Shown piece after piece: positions 20,701-32,056 of a DNA stretch of 64,000 bases (positions are counted from its first letter, which is position 1; each line of letters opens with the position of its first letter). The position numbers and the translations under genes are program-made. Under the pieces are notes generated by a model. That model was given only the letters and a program-made list of their open reading frames with translations. It searched no databases and had not been told where the DNA came from. Source of the DNA: an uncultured Verrucomicrobiae bacterium (GTDB taxonomy: Bacteria > Verrucomicrobiota > Verrucomicrobiia > Chthoniobacterales > Chthoniobacteraceae); NCBI GenBank assembly GCA_963828525.1, contig CAWHEP010000009.1, positions 192,001 to 256,000 on the forward strand, read 5' to 3'.

Positions 20701-23530
20701 AACTCGCTGACTTTCGTAAGTTCCTGCTCGCTCTTGTAAGTCAGCGCGCCGCCCGCGCCCTCCTGACGGACGACGTTCCACTTGATCTTTTTGAGAACCA
20801 CCGAGGCTTGGACAGGGCCATCATGCGAGGAATGGTCGGCATTGAATGCCACCAGAATAACCGGGGCCTTCTGCCCGGTTGTGAGAACGTCCGGAAAGCT
20901 CTTCAACCCGAGGTAAAAGTCGGAACTCTCCTGCGTAAATTCGGCTCGCTCGGAAATAGTTTGTTGATTCAGGTCGGTGATCTCAACAAGGAGGTTCCCG
21001 GAACGCGGTTGTGGCTTGCCGGGCGCGAAAGCCATGTTGAGAGCAAGGCCGGCCTTGCCACCTTCATCCAAGTTCGCCTGGCCCTGCTGGAACGCAGAAC
21101 CCTCCTCGCTCTCGCTGCCGGCGTCCGAAGAGCCAAACACAAACCCATCCAACTCCGGCTCATCGAAAGGAATGTCGCGCGTTCGCAGCGACCAATGCAT
21201 CTTCGCCTTGGAGAGGGATTTACCAAAGAGATATTTGGCTTCAACCTGGACCACGGGTGTCTCGCCCGCCACATAGGACGGCTTTGCGTTGAGTTTGACT
21301 TCGAAGCTGTTTGGCTTGTACTGCTCGACACGCCAAGAAAACCAATGGGAGTTATGGGGGTCGTTATCCAGCCAAAGATTGCCCTGACAGGAGCCGAGAA
21401 CGTCCGGCATCACCACCGCCTCTGAGTACGAACCCAGCCGCGAGAGCGTGAACTCTTTTTTCAGGAATGTCTCTCCACGCGGGTTACGAAGTTCGAAGTG
21501 GCCCTTCAACCCGGCTGGCAACGTCCAAGTTGCGCCGTCCCGCTCCCTTGCAATGATCTCAACGTGGAGCGTCTCCCCGGGCTGATACACCGGCCGATCC
21601 GTGAAAATCATGACCTCCTGCTTTCTGTCCGCGCTGAAATCCATGGGAACCTGGAAGCGCCAAAGTGGCAAGAATCGGTCATGCCACGGCAGCCAGGGAG
21701 AGCCGTTTGCCCGCAGAGGTCTGACCTCCACGGCATGGATGTCCCCGTCCGTCTCGGCTACGAGCCAGCTTGCTTTCGGACCGATATGGACGCGCCCGAG
21801 GCCATTCCCGTCGCAACGGCCTCCGCCAGCGTTTCATTTTCTGAAGTTAGGACGTGAAGCGACACGCCAGGGAGCGGCTTGCCAGCGCTTTGCGAGAAGG
21901 CATAGACCAGAGCGTCGTCATTATGATCCTGCTTCAACGCAACGCCGATGTCGGTGACCTGCACGAGGGATTGGGCTCCAAGCGCCGCGCGCTCGTCGCG
22001 CGAGTCAGGTTCCTTTTCCGCGGCAACAAACACGGCCCCGCTTCTCCGTCCGCCAAGAAGCTTACTCCAATCCAGAGTCTCCACGGCCAGTTCATCGAGC
22101 GTGCCGGGACTGTTGAAGACTTTGTCATAGACCGTCCTGCCCGGGACTGCCGCGAAGTCCACTTCGCGATAGGGCTCAACGTCCTGTTTGGGTTCGTTTG
22201 ATCGCTTGTAGTAGCTCTTATATGCCTCAAGAGCATAGACGAGCGCGTCACGCGTCAGAAGCTTTGCGCGGACACGAACATCGCCGGCGTTCACCGCGCG
22301 GAACTGAAACTCGCGTTTTCCGCCGCTGAGTTGCTCCGTGGAAAACGCGGGAAAATAGATGCGAGGCGGGAGAGGCGTGAACGCGAATTGCCTGGAAACA
22401 GTTTGCTCAAGGACGAAAGGTTCCGCGGCGGGCAGACCAGGCCTCACGCGCGCTGTGTAACGTTCTTCCAGTGTGAAGTCCCCGCGGAGAGTGATCTCGC
22501 CTTCCTCAATGGTCGCGGCGAGATTCGCGACGTGGGGTTCGATGCTGATCCACTTCAGAGCCGAAGTCGCATCGATCTCTGGAGATACTTTTTTGGAGAA
22601 GGCGAAGGTAACGCTTCTCTCCCTTCCCAGCGTTTCGCTCGATATCGCGCTATTCGGGATCACGTCCTTGAGAGTAAACGGCAAGACATTCCCGATACTT
22701 ATCTCGAAATCCGCAGCCAGATGCCCCTCGGCGGCTGGCATCTCTTTTCCGATGTGGAGATGCCAGCCCGTGCCCAAAGGAAGAGGCCGGGAAGGGGTTA
22801 TCGTCAGGAGCGACGGGATGGCTTCCGTGGGCTCGTTCTGAGAGCCATCCCCGTCTTCTTCATCGTAGCGATTCAGGCGCTTACGGGCTGGCCTTCCGTG
22901 AGCCTCATCGAACCGTTCCTTCCAAGTTTCCAACTTGCGAAACTCCCATGGGAAGCTGGAATTATCCGTGCCCTGGGTGACGAGGGCGGGCACTTCGACG
23001 CCATGAGCATCACGGAACACGGCGTAAGGCCTGGCGCCCCCCGCGTCCACGGCAACGTTGAACTGAATATGGATTACCGGATTCGAAGAAGCGTTCTCGA
23101 GCTGTTCTTTTTCGTACTCGGGGTGGGTCCCGATGATCGCGACGGGCGGAGTGGAAAAAGAGCGATCCAATCTCGCGTTGAGAGGTTTCCCATCGACACC
23201 CACGAGATTAGGATTCAAAGAAGCGCGGTAAGTTGTTCCCAGCAGGGGCGGTTCGCTTGGGGTGAAGACCCCGCCGCGCTGGCTTAACCACGTGAACGCC
23301 CCAGAAAGAGAGGGCGAGAACACCAGCGGACAGTCGCTCGCGGGCGCTCCAACTTGCTCCGGTTTAATGATGGCCTCGTCAAATCGCAGCTCGAATGTGG
23401 TTGTCGGCTCCATGTTCGAGGAAGAGAGAATAAGTTTCGCGCCTCGTTCAACGCTCACCTCATCGGCGCGCGCCGCAAGGGATGCCATGATAAACGCGAT
23501 GGCGAATAAGAATCTGAACGGGGTGTTCAT
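17784..23530 (-). CDS. Bacterial alpha-2-macroglobulin, split by a frameshift near 21815
   Basis: Signal peptide, FTDRPVYQPGE, AVDEGVL, PDSITRY, thioester YPYGCVEQ, WTTTQGNAWAL, EEMYHPE; the two ORFs join with one added base. Confidence 0.9.
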
Positions 23531-23717
23531 GTGGGGAATTGGTGTTTGTTCGAGGAGGTTGACTGCCAAGCGGGCGGACGGATGAAGACGCGGGCGAACG
23601 ATGCCTTTGTATAACAAGGGGCGGCAAATGTCTCTTTCGATCCGATCGGAAAAGTGAGCGTCCGAAAGGAAGTGGTATCTTGCCACCCGCAACAGAGGCG
23701 GGTAGCGTGTGGTTTAC

Positions 23718-26117
23718 ATGCAGCGGCGACGCAGGCGAACCCCCACACTAGCGCCAGCTCTCGTCACTACTCCACCGACTGTGTCCGCCGAGAGGGTGCG
23801 GGCGCTGCGGGAGAAGGTGGCGCGGCGCGCCGCGCTTACGATTTGCGGTTCGCTGTTGATCACCGCTCCGCTGCTGTTCGGCTCGGTGGATCGCGTGTTC
23901 CAGATAGCGCTTACCCTTTTATTAGGGACCGGTGTTCTCATCGCGCCGCCTGTCATCATCTGGCCACGGGGATGGGTAAGGGCGGCGACCCTTTTTCCGG
24001 CCGGGTTGATACTGTTCAAAGAATTCGGACCCGCCTCGTTGTTTGGGGCGACCTCCTGGCGCATGACGCTGTCGCAGAGCTTCGCAGTCGTGTTCCCTTG
24101 GACTCACAATCCGGAACCAGGCCGGGCTTTGGACGCGCTGTTGTCCGCCGCCATTGCGGGCGTGTGGTTCATCTGGGTTCGAAGCCTCGCCGCCAAACGG
24201 GAAAACAGAGTGGTGATCGCATGGACGCTCCTGCTGGCGGCGGCCACCCTGGCCATCGTTTGTTTCGCGATGGGGCAGAGTTCCTCATCAATGATCTATG
24301 GCATAAGGGAAACCCCGGGCTGGAGGGGATATGGGCCATTCCCAAATCGCAACCATACAGCGTGCTTCCTCGCGATGGGCGCCATGATGGGTTGCGGCAT
24401 GATTACCCGCGCGGCGGCGCGAAAGAATCCGGCGGCACTCTCTTTCTCAATCATCCTTCTGGGTCTGATCTTCGTGGCTATGCTCTGGAGCGGTTCTCGA
24501 GGCGGCCTGATGGCCTTCGGCGCGGGATTTCTGATCTTCGGCGTGATCTGCATCGCGAAGGCTCCGGGATGGAAGGGGATCGCTGCCGCGGTTGGAGGGT
24601 TGCTGATCGTCGGCACGCTCCTGCTGGCATTCGGCTCGACCGTGACGCATCGCTTTGGACGCGACAGTGATTTGCAGACGAATCTACGCTGGGACGTATG
24701 GAAGGATACGCTCTCCATGTGGAAGGACGCGCCTCTGCTGGGACACGGGTTGGGGACTTTCCCGCAAATCATCCCTATTTACCAAACGATGAAGCTGGAG
24801 GATCAGGTGATCCTGCACCCGGAGAGCAGCTGGCTGGGGTTCCTCGCGGAACTCGGGGCGCTTCCGCTATTCTGCCTCGCAGCCGGCTTGCTGGTGTTCC
24901 TGTGGCGCAATGTCTCGGCCATGTTTAGTCCCCATCGCCCGGGGTTCCACATCTCCGCCGCCTGTGTTGCAGCGGCGTGCGTTCTCCTCATTCATTCGTT
25001 CTGGGATGTTCCGGCACACCGCTGGCCCACCGCCGGGTACGCCTTGGCGGCGCTCGCCATTGCCTGCCCAACGGGAACAAGAAAGCCGCCCACCGCGGGC
25101 AGCCGGAAGCTGGCATTTCTACCGTTCGCTATCGGGCTTCTGTGGACGGTTCCACTCTTATGCGGGTGGCCTCCCTCTTCTCCGGTCGCGCTCGCCGGCT
25201 TGCTGAACCGCACTGCGACAACAACCGGAGTGGGAGTGCCCGAACTGGAGAGATCGCTGAGACTTTACCCTCTCAGCCCTGATCTGCATGAGGCAATCGG
25301 CGTACGAGAGATTCAAAGCGGCGACGCCGAATCAGCATGGTCGCATTTCAGGATCGCCGATCGACTCCGCCCGAGCATCTGGGAATTGCCGGCCGAACAA
25401 GCGGAGGCAAGCCAAAATTTTTCGCGCGGAATGGCCTTCCATTTCTGGACTTTGGCCATCGAACGCTCCGGCCACCGCGCGGCAGAGGTGCTGGACATGG
25501 CCTGCCGGGAAACGACAGACATACCGGGCGCCGCCTCTTTTTGGAACGCGTATGTCGAGACCAACCCGTCGCTTTGCCTGAGATACGCTCAGCAGTGCCT
25601 CGGGGAAAAGGGGCGCCGCTTTTACAATCTTTGGTGGGCAGCGCGGGGCCTGAATCCGACTCCGGAGCAGTACGAGGTGGATGACTTCTATCGCAGCGTC
25701 TTGAAATGGGGCACGGAAGAACAATTCTCGGCATGGATGAAGGTCCATCCAGACTGGCAGGCGCGCGACTACAAGGAGTGGGCGTCCTCTCTGCACTATT
25801 GGGGCAAAGACGACGAAGCATGGAAAGTCCTCTCCGAAGTGGTTAAGGAACCTGAGTACCCTGTCGCGCAAACCTCGGGTGATCTCCCTCATCTGGAAAC
25901 GCGGTGGTCGCGTGACCCAAGTGATTTTCTGAACGCGCAGCAACTGGCGGGCGCGTTGCTTAAAACGGGAAACAAGGGAAAAAGCGGTGAGATCGTGATC
26001 GGAGTGGCGCGCGCGCCGGGCGCCCCGGAGTGGTTCATCAACAAGGCTGCTTACGTGGAAGCCGCTAATCAGCACTACAAGGAAGCTGTCTCCACACTGC
26101 TGAGAGCCGCGCGGTAG
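23718..26117 (+). CDS. O-antigen ligase (Wzy_C)-like membrane protein with C-terminal helical/TPR-like region
   Basis: Many TM helices, GPFPNRNH, SGSRGG, R...W......PLLGHGLGTF, HPESSWL..LAELG. Confidence 0.82.
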   Translation: MQRRRRRTPTLAPALVTTPPTVSAERVRALREKVARRAALTICGSLLITAPLLFGSVDRVFQIALTLLLGTGVLIAPPVIIWPRGWVRAATLFPAGLILFKEFGPASLFGATSWRMTLSQSFAVVFPWTHNPEPGRALDALLSAAIAGVWFIWVRSLAAKRENRVVIAWTLLLAAATLAIVCFAMGQSSSSMIYGIRETPGWRGYGPFPNRNHTACFLAMGAMMGCGMITRAAARKNPAALSFSIILLGLIFVAMLWSGSRGGLMAFGAGFLIFGVICIAKAPGWKGIAAAVGGLLIVGTLLLAFGSTVTHRFGRDSDLQTNLRWDVWKDTLSMWKDAPLLGHGLGTFPQIIPIYQTMKLEDQVILHPESSWLGFLAELGALPLFCLAAGLLVFLWRNVSAMFSPHRPGFHISAACVAAACVLLIHSFWDVPAHRWPTAGYALAALAIACPTGTRKPPTAGSRKLAFLPFAIGLLWTVPLLCGWPPSSPVALAGLLNRTATTTGVGVPELERSLRLYPLSPDLHEAIGVREIQSGDAESAWSHFRIADRLRPSIWELPAEQAEASQNFSRGMAFHFWTLAIERSGHRAAEVLDMACRETTDIPGAASFWNAYVETNPSLCLRYAQQCLGEKGRRFYNLWWAARGLNPTPEQYEVDDFYRSVLKWGTEEQFSAWMKVHPDWQARDYKEWASSLHYWGKDDEAWKVLSEVVKEPEYPVAQTSGDLPHLETRWSRDPSDFLNAQQLAGALLKTGNKGKSGEIVIGVARAPGAPEWFINKAAYVEAANQHYKEAVSTLLRAAR

Positions 26118-26232
26118 AATAAAGGCGAGGCTGGCAGGAGGGCCGCGCCGCCACAGCATCCGGCAAATTGATGGGAGGGATTGCGTTTTCCTCGGCATGC
26201 CCCTAAAAAGCAGGCCACACAAATAAAGGCCC

Positions 26233-26880
26233 ATGCACGATTCCTTACAACATTTCATCCTCATCTGGTTTGGCTGGGTCCGTGACGGCGGCTATATAGG
26301 CATCATTGCCCTCATGGCGATGGAAAGCTCCGTGCTTCCGGTGCCCAGCGAGATTGTGATCCCGCCAGCGGCTTACTGGGCTTTGCAGGCGGGGGGGCAT
26401 ACGAGCATTGCGGGAGTGATACTTGCCGGCACTTTCGGCTCGTGGCTCGGGTCCGCGCTCAGCTACTGGATATCACGATGGGCGGGGCGGAGCATCGTAA
26501 CAGGATACGGTCGCTACATCGCGCTGAGCGAGACCAAGCTCCTGATGGCAGAACGCTGGCTTCACCGTTACGAAGCGGGGGGTATATTCTTTGCGCGGCT
26601 CCTTCCGGTGATCCGCCATCTCATCTCGATCCCTGCCGGGCTTGTGAGAATGAACTTCGGCCTGTTCAGCGCAATGACGATCATTGGCTCCGCGCTCTGG
26701 TGCGGCGCGCTCGCCTGGTTTGGGCAGCAGGTGATCGGCTCTGATCCGGCGCTGCTCAATAATCCAGGCCAGCTCCTTCACACGCTGAGCAGCAAGTCCC
26801 ACCTGATCGCGGCAGTCGTTCTCGCCCTGGGGCTGCTTTACTTCGTTGTATTAAAACTCACTGCTCCCAAGGGTCGATAG
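26233..26880 (+). CDS. DedA family membrane protein
   Basis: ESSVLPVPSEIVIPPA, FFARLLPVIRHLISIPAG. Confidence 0.92.
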   Translation: MHDSLQHFILIWFGWVRDGGYIGIIALMAMESSVLPVPSEIVIPPAAYWALQAGGHTSIAGVILAGTFGSWLGSALSYWISRWAGRSIVTGYGRYIALSETKLLMAERWLHRYEAGGIFFARLLPVIRHLISIPAGLVRMNFGLFSAMTIIGSALWCGALAWFGQQVIGSDPALLNNPGQLLHTLSSKSHLIAAVVLALGLLYFVVLKLTAPKGR

Positions 26881-26898
26881 AGCTAGCGAGATTATACG

Positions 26899-27663
26899 CT
26901 AGGCGAACGCCGCTCGCGTCGAGAGCAATTCGTAGGAAAGAACGCTTAAGCAGTAGATCGCGGCGGTTTCCGTTCGCAGAACAATCGGCCCGAGTGTAAT
27001 CGGGAGACATCCGAAGCTCCTTGCAAGCGAGGATTCAGCCGGGGTGAAGTCACCTTCAGGGCCAATCAGAATCAGAACCTTGGAGGGCGGGCGCTGACGC
27101 CCCGCCGCGTGATTTTCCAGAACATCTTTCAGATGCGCGGCATCGGATTGCAGCGAAGCGATGAGCATGAGGTCGAAGGCGTCGTGATTTTCAAAGAAAT
27201 CCTTCAAGCGGCTCGGAGGCAGAATAGCCGGAAGCCAGTTCTGGCCGCACTGTTTGGCGGCTTCGATGGCGATGGTCGTCCATTTTTCCTGCTTTGCGGG
27301 CGCCTCACCCGCCTCGTAATGGACCACCGCGCGCTCTGAAACGAGAGGAGCAATGACGGAGGCTCCAAGCTCGGTCGCTTTCTGGATGATCAAGTCCATG
27401 TTCTTCCCCTTCGGAATCGCCTGGCCGAGAGTAATCTCGCAGCGCACCCGCGGGCTCTTCGAATGGTGCAGGCGCTTCAGCGTCACCTCGTGCTTATGGA
27501 TACCCGTGATCTCCGCTGTGGCTTCCGCGCCGCGACCATCAAAAACGACCACACGATCGCCCTGCTTCAGGCGGACTACGTCAAGACAATGGCGCGCTTG
27601 CGCAGGATCCAACCACAGATGATCGAGATTCCAGCTTTCCGGAGCGATGTAAAAGCGGCGCAT
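26899..27663 (-). CDS. rsmE: 16S rRNA m3U1498 methyltransferase
   Basis: H...VVRL, IQKATELG, EAAKQCG, IGPEGDF, LGPIVLRTETA. Confidence 0.94.
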   Translation of the reverse strand: MRRFYIAPESWNLDHLWLDPAQARHCLDVVRLKQGDRVVVFDGRGAEATAEITGIHKHEVTLKRLHHSKSPRVRCEITLGQAIPKGKNMDLIIQKATELGASVIAPLVSERAVVHYEAGEAPAKQEKWTTIAIEAAKQCGQNWLPAILPPSRLKDFFENHDAFDLMLIASLQSDAAHLKDVLENHAAGRQRPPSKVLILIGPEGDFTPAESSLARSFGCLPITLGPIVLRTETAAIYCLSVLSYELLSTRAAFA

Positions 27664-27668
27664 GGAGG

Positions 27669-28829
27669 CTACTGAAAGAACGCCTTCGCCTTGTCAAAGA
27701 AGGTCTTGTGCAGCGGACTATTTTCCTCTCCGCAAAGCTCGGCGAACTCCTCCAGCTTGCGACGCTGTTCGGAGCCGAGCTTGGTGGGCACCTCCACCAG
27801 CATGCGAACCATGAGGTCTCCACGGGATCCGGAGTTTAGCGCGGGCATGCCCTTGCCCCGCAGCTTGAAGACAGCGCCGCTCTGTGTGCCCGCGGCCACC
27901 TTCAGAGTTGCCTGGCCCTCGAGAGTAGGCACTCGCACCTCGCCTCCCAGCGCGGCGGTTGCGAAGGAGATGGGCACCTCGCAAAAAAGAGCGTCCTCTT
28001 CCCGTTCGAATACCTCGTGCTCTTTTATGTGGATGACCACGTACAGATCGCCGGGCGGGCCGCCCCGAATGCCAGCCTCCCCATTTCTCGAAGACCGCAA
28101 TCGAGCGCCGTCCTGGATTCCAGCGGGGATCTTCAGCTTGATCCGCGAAGCGCTTTCGACGCGCCCTTCTCCGCCGCAATCCTTGCAGGGCCTTTCAATG
28201 ATTTGTCCGGTGCCACGGCACCGGGAACATGTCTGCGACACCTGAAAGAAACCTCGTGAACTAATGACCTGTCCCCTGCCCCCGCAAGCCGGACACGTGG
28301 CTGCCTTTGAGCCGCTTTCCGCTCCGGTGCCCACGCAGCGCGAACAGGCGTCCAGCTTGGAAACCTCAATCTCTTTTTCACAGCCGAACGCCGCTTCCTC
28401 CAGCTTGATCTGCATATCGTATCGCAAATCCGACCCGCGCTGTCTGCCGTCCCGATCTGTCCGCCCCCCTGCTCCACCGAAAAACTGCTCGAAAATTCCG
28501 GCTCCGGAAGCGGACGCCGTCTGTCCGCCCATTCCAAACACCTCGCGGAAAATATCAAAGGGGTCGTGAAACCCGCCTGCTCCGGCGGCGGCGTTGCCTT
28601 GCGCGAAGGCCGCGTGCCCATACCTGTCGTACGCGGCCCTTTTATCGGGATCCATCAAGACGTCATAAGCTTCGCCAAGCTCTTTGAAACGTTCCTCCGC
28701 GCTTGGATCGCCGGGATTTTTATCGGGGTGATATTTGACCGCAAGTTTGCGGTAGGACCGCTTGATCTCCTCTGTATCCGAAGTCCTGGTAACCTCGATT
28801 ACCTCATAGTAGTCGCGTTTGACAGCCAT
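27669..28829 (-). CDS. dnaJ: Chaperone DnaJ
   Basis: J domain with HPD, G/F region, four CxxCxGxG repeats, GDLYV. Confidence 0.97.
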   Translation of the reverse strand: MAVKRDYYEVIEVTRTSDTEEIKRSYRKLAVKYHPDKNPGDPSAEERFKELGEAYDVLMDPDKRAAYDRYGHAAFAQGNAAAGAGGFHDPFDIFREVFGMGGQTASASGAGIFEQFFGGAGGRTDRDGRQRGSDLRYDMQIKLEEAAFGCEKEIEVSKLDACSRCVGTGAESGSKAATCPACGGRGQVISSRGFFQVSQTCSRCRGTGQIIERPCKDCGGEGRVESASRIKLKIPAGIQDGARLRSSRNGEAGIRGGPPGDLYVVIHIKEHEVFEREEDALFCEVPISFATAALGGEVRVPTLEGQATLKVAAGTQSGAVFKLRGKGMPALNSGSRGDLMVRMLVEVPTKLGSEQRRKLEEFAELCGEENSPLHKTFFDKAKAFFQ

Positions 28830-28832
28830 GGA

Positions 28833-29393
28833 TCAGGAACGCGCATCGGAGCCGGAACCCTTCGATACAACCACGTTGGCCGCTCTCAGGAGCCGGTCTT
28901 TCAATTTGTAGCCTTTGCGCATCTGGCGGATAACGACGCCTTCTGGCACGTCGGCGCTCGGCTCCTCCGCAATCGCCTCATGAAGATTAGGATCGAACTT
29001 CTGTCCTGTGGCGTCGAGCGTCTGGACACCGTTATCGGCAAGCAAGTCGTTTAGCTGCCGCATGACCATTTGCATGCCTGAGATGATGGGGGAGCCTTCG
29101 TTACCGGAACGGGCCGCATCCAGGCCGAGTTCGAAACTATCCATGATCGGAATTAAACGTTCCAGGAATCCGGCGTTTGCGTAGCGGACGGCCTCCTCGC
29201 GCTCCCTGGACGACCTTTTGCGGAAATTTTCGAAATCCGCCTGGCTTCGCAAAGCGAGGTCGCGGAAACGTTCCAAGTCGCCTTGCAGGCGTTCCAAGCC
29301 GCCCTCGGCATCCCCTTCCCCGCCTCCCGCGCCGGTCGCTTCCGCGTCGTCATCTTTGGGTTCATCGGTCGTATCAGTCATTTGTGTGCTCAT
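28833..29393 (-). CDS. grpE: Nucleotide exchange factor GrpE
   Basis: ADFENFRKR, FDPNLHEA, KGYKLKDRLLRAANVVV. Confidence 0.95.
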   Translation of the reverse strand: MSTQMTDTTDEPKDDDAEATGAGGGEGDAEGGLERLQGDLERFRDLALRSQADFENFRKRSSREREEAVRYANAGFLERLIPIMDSFELGLDAARSGNEGSPIISGMQMVMRQLNDLLADNGVQTLDATGQKFDPNLHEAIAEEPSADVPEGVVIRQMRKGYKLKDRLLRAANVVVSKGSGSDARS

Positions 29394-30831
29394 TTTGTCT
29401 TATCGCGATCAGCGTTACATCATCACTTTGAGGGTAGGCGCCCACGAAATCGCGGAGATCCTCGGTTACCTTTTTTACAATGGCTGGCGCGCCTTCGGTC
29501 GCGCTTGCCATGATGGATTGGATGATCTTTTTTGTTCCGAATTCAAACCCTTTCCGATCAAGCGCTTCCGTGACGCCATCAGTGTAGAGGATGAGGCAAT
29601 CATTCGCCTCAAGTGTCACGGAAAAATCGCGCGTTACCCTATCGAATACATCCCCGCTGTCAATCCCAAGAGCCATGCCAGGCGGGTTCAATCTGGTCAC
29701 CGTCCGTTCACGCGCGGAATAAAGCAGCGGAGCATCGTGTCCAGCCCTGCATAGGGTGACGGTACTGCTCCCCTCCTCCAAGATCAAATATGCCATGCTG
29801 ATGAACATATCCTCCTTGATGTCGGGGTATAGCTGACGATTGACCTTGTGAAGAACATCCGCGGCAGAGCCGTTCGCCAGAGCCTGGCTCCGCAGCACAC
29901 TCCGGCACATGGCCATGATCAGCGAAGCAGGCACGCCTTTCCCGGAGACATCCGCGATGGCCACTCCCACGCGGTTGGCATCCACACGGATATAGTCAAA
30001 GTAATCGCCACTGACCTGGCCCGCCGGGATGTTAATGCCACTGATTTGGAAACTCCGGGAGTCGGGGGCGCAGGAGGGCAGAAGGATCCGCTGGATTTCC
30101 TGAGCGACCCGCAGATCGGCATCCATGCGTTTTTTTTGGCTCGCCTCGGAATAAATGAACGCGTTGTAGAGCGCAAAAGCGGATTGCTCCACAATGGCGC
30201 TGAACACAGCGAAATCACTCGGAGAGAAGCTCTTGCTCATAGGGCCGTTGGCCAGGGCGAGCAGACCCAGGTCCTCCTTTGCGTAACGCAATGGTCCAAA
30301 CATCGCGGAGCGGGTTTTCAAGACGGTGTCATGCAGGCCGGAGAGCCGGGGATCGCCCGCTTCCAGAAGCAGGGGTTCCTTCGCTTTCCATACCATTCCC
30401 ATCACCCCCTCGCCCTCGTCGACAGAATGATGCCGAAGATGGCTTTGTATCGCCACGGGAGCGGAGTCCACCTGCTGTAGTACGTGCGGAGGGACTTCCA
30501 GCAAAGGGGGACAACTCCGCGAGACGAAAGCGGGGCATAACGCCTTGGTCCCGCGGGCTGCCAGGTAAAGAGCGCCTCCCTGGGCGTCCAGAATCCGGAT
30601 CGCGTTCTCCACGATGATCCTGTGCAACTCTCCAGACTCCACCTCGCCAGTGAGCGCTTCTCCCAAGCCATGAAGGAAATCAAAGACCCGCTTCTCCTCG
30701 ATCTCAATTTTCTCACGGGATTTCGTGAGATAATCGATGCGCCTGCGCTGCCCGTTATAAATGGCCAGGAAGCAAGCCAGTTGAGCAGACGCTACTCCTA
30801 AAAATATTTGCGCCCACATCCCACCAACCAC
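29374..30831 (-). CDS. GAF + PP2C (SpoIIE/RsbU-type) phosphatase with N-terminal TM
   Basis: AQEIQRILLP, VSGDYFD, IADVSGKGVPA, RAGH, YTDGVTEA, DDVTLI. Confidence 0.92.
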   Translation of the reverse strand: MVGGMWAQIFLGVASAQLACFLAIYNGQRRRIDYLTKSREKIEIEEKRVFDFLHGLGEALTGEVESGELHRIIVENAIRILDAQGGALYLAARGTKALCPAFVSRSCPPLLEVPPHVLQQVDSAPVAIQSHLRHHSVDEGEGVMGMVWKAKEPLLLEAGDPRLSGLHDTVLKTRSAMFGPLRYAKEDLGLLALANGPMSKSFSPSDFAVFSAIVEQSAFALYNAFIYSEASQKKRMDADLRVAQEIQRILLPSCAPDSRSFQISGINIPAGQVSGDYFDYIRVDANRVGVAIADVSGKGVPASLIMAMCRSVLRSQALANGSAADVLHKVNRQLYPDIKEDMFISMAYLILEEGSSTVTLCRAGHDAPLLYSARERTVTRLNPPGMALGIDSGDVFDRVTRDFSVTLEANDCLILYTDGVTEALDRKGFEFGTKKIIQSIMASATEGAPAIVKKVTEDLRDFVGAYPQSDDVTLIAIRQNEHTND

Positions 30832-31338
30832 TTACTCCGATTGATGCAGATCCTGTTTCAGGTATTCCAGAACGTCTTTAAACTTCGTGAGATTTTCCGG
30901 GTCGGCCTCCACGAGCGCTTCGTGCGCTTCGATCATCGTCTTTGCCTGGGTGTCTCTGGCGACAGCCGGGCCAACCACATTGGGGTTAAGGGCGACGCCC
31001 GGCTCCGGACGCGGCTGACTGGAGCTAAGCGTAAAAAGCTGATCGAGTCCGAGATTGCAAAGAAGATCGTTGTTGCGCTCGTTGAGGTTCACCACGTTCA
31101 AACGACCCTGGCCGATCTCCCGGAGACGCAGAGCAATACCCGCGAGGGTTCCCATGAATGTGGAATCCATCGCCGGGCAATTACGGAGATCGACGACAAA
31201 TTCACGATGGCCGCGATTGACCATTTCCTTGGCGAACTCCTTAACCCCGGAACTGTTTAAGAACGAACCCTTTCCTTCGACCCGGACCCAGACTACCCGG
31301 TTGGCGCAGCCAACCAGAATGGAGGATTGTGTATTCAC
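30832..31338 (-). CDS. STAS-domain anti-sigma-factor antagonist
   Basis: VVDLRNCPAMDSTFMGTL phospho-site loop; abuts the PP2C gene. Confidence 0.88.
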   Translation of the reverse strand: MNTQSSILVGCANRVVWVRVEGKGSFLNSSGVKEFAKEMVNRGHREFVVDLRNCPAMDSTFMGTLAGIALRLREIGQGRLNVVNLNERNNDLLCNLGLDQLFTLSSSQPRPEPGVALNPNVVGPAVARDTQAKTMIEAHEALVEADPENLTKFKDVLEYLKQDLHQSE

Positions 31339-31349
31339 CAGCGTCGGAA

Positions 31350-31378
31350 ACTATAGGTAGTCTGGCGGCGACCGTCAA
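31350..31378 (-). promoter_or_regulatory. Sigma-70 promoter of the STAS-SpoIIE-grpE-dnaJ-rsmE operon
   Basis: Minus strand TTGACG-N17-TATAGT, 11 nt before GTG 31338. Confidence 0.6.
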
Positions 31379-31423
31379 ACCTGCTTCCTGAATGGCCCTG
31401 CGTTCCCATGTCCAAAAAAAGGA

Positions 31424-31936
31424 TCAGTCCCACAGGTAAGACTGCGTCAGCGCCACGACTTTACCTCCCTGGATCAAGAGGGCGCGCCACGCGGTTACGG
31501 GACCCGCCTCCTTGTAGTCGTCACCCACAATAGCAAACGCGCTCTCCCGCGATCCCTTGCAGCGCGGGTAATCTATTTCCCTTGCCATGACATAGGGGCC
31601 GAGCTTCGCCTGTTGATACTCAAAGCGGACGGTAAGGTCGGATGTCCGACTCGATCTCCAGAAAAAGGTAAAATATTTCCCGACCGCTTCCCTCGCATCC
31701 ACGTTAGTGACCTGCCCAAAACTCATCCTGCGCCGCTCGTAGTTTATTGGCTCACTGACGGTCGGCGTAAATGTAACCGGCTCATTGAGGAACACTTTGA
31801 ACTTTCGAAACTGATAATTGCCGTCCAAGGCGAGCGGCAGAACGTCCGCTTTCGCGAGCTTCCGCTCCGCGGGCGCCGCGGACAACTGCAGCGCCAGGCA
31901 CGACAGCAGCACCGTGAAGGAGGCCAATGGTTTCAT
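31424..31936 (-). CDS. Exported hypothetical protein
   Basis: Signal peptide MKPLASFTVLLSCLALQLSA; aromatic-rich beta domain ending SYLWD. Confidence 0.7.
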   Translation of the reverse strand: MKPLASFTVLLSCLALQLSAAPAERKLAKADVLPLALDGNYQFRKFKVFLNEPVTFTPTVSEPINYERRRMSFGQVTNVDAREAVGKYFTFFWRSSRTSDLTVRFEYQQAKLGPYVMAREIDYPRCKGSRESAFAIVGDDYKEAGPVTAWRALLIQGGKVVALTQSYLWD

Positions 31937-32056
31937 TCGCAAAATAGAAGCGGCTTGCAGCTCATGTGTCAATGACAGCAGGGATAAGCGCCACTGTAGA
32001 GCGCTAGCATAGCACAGGTTGTGCCGATGGTTGTGTGGCTTGATACTGTCATCGCG

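Noticed and set aside
16380..21820. Programmed ribosomal frameshifting in pbpC or alpha-2-macroglobulin
   Set aside because: No slippery heptamer at the shift sites; similar indels occur across the window, so sequencing error is simpler
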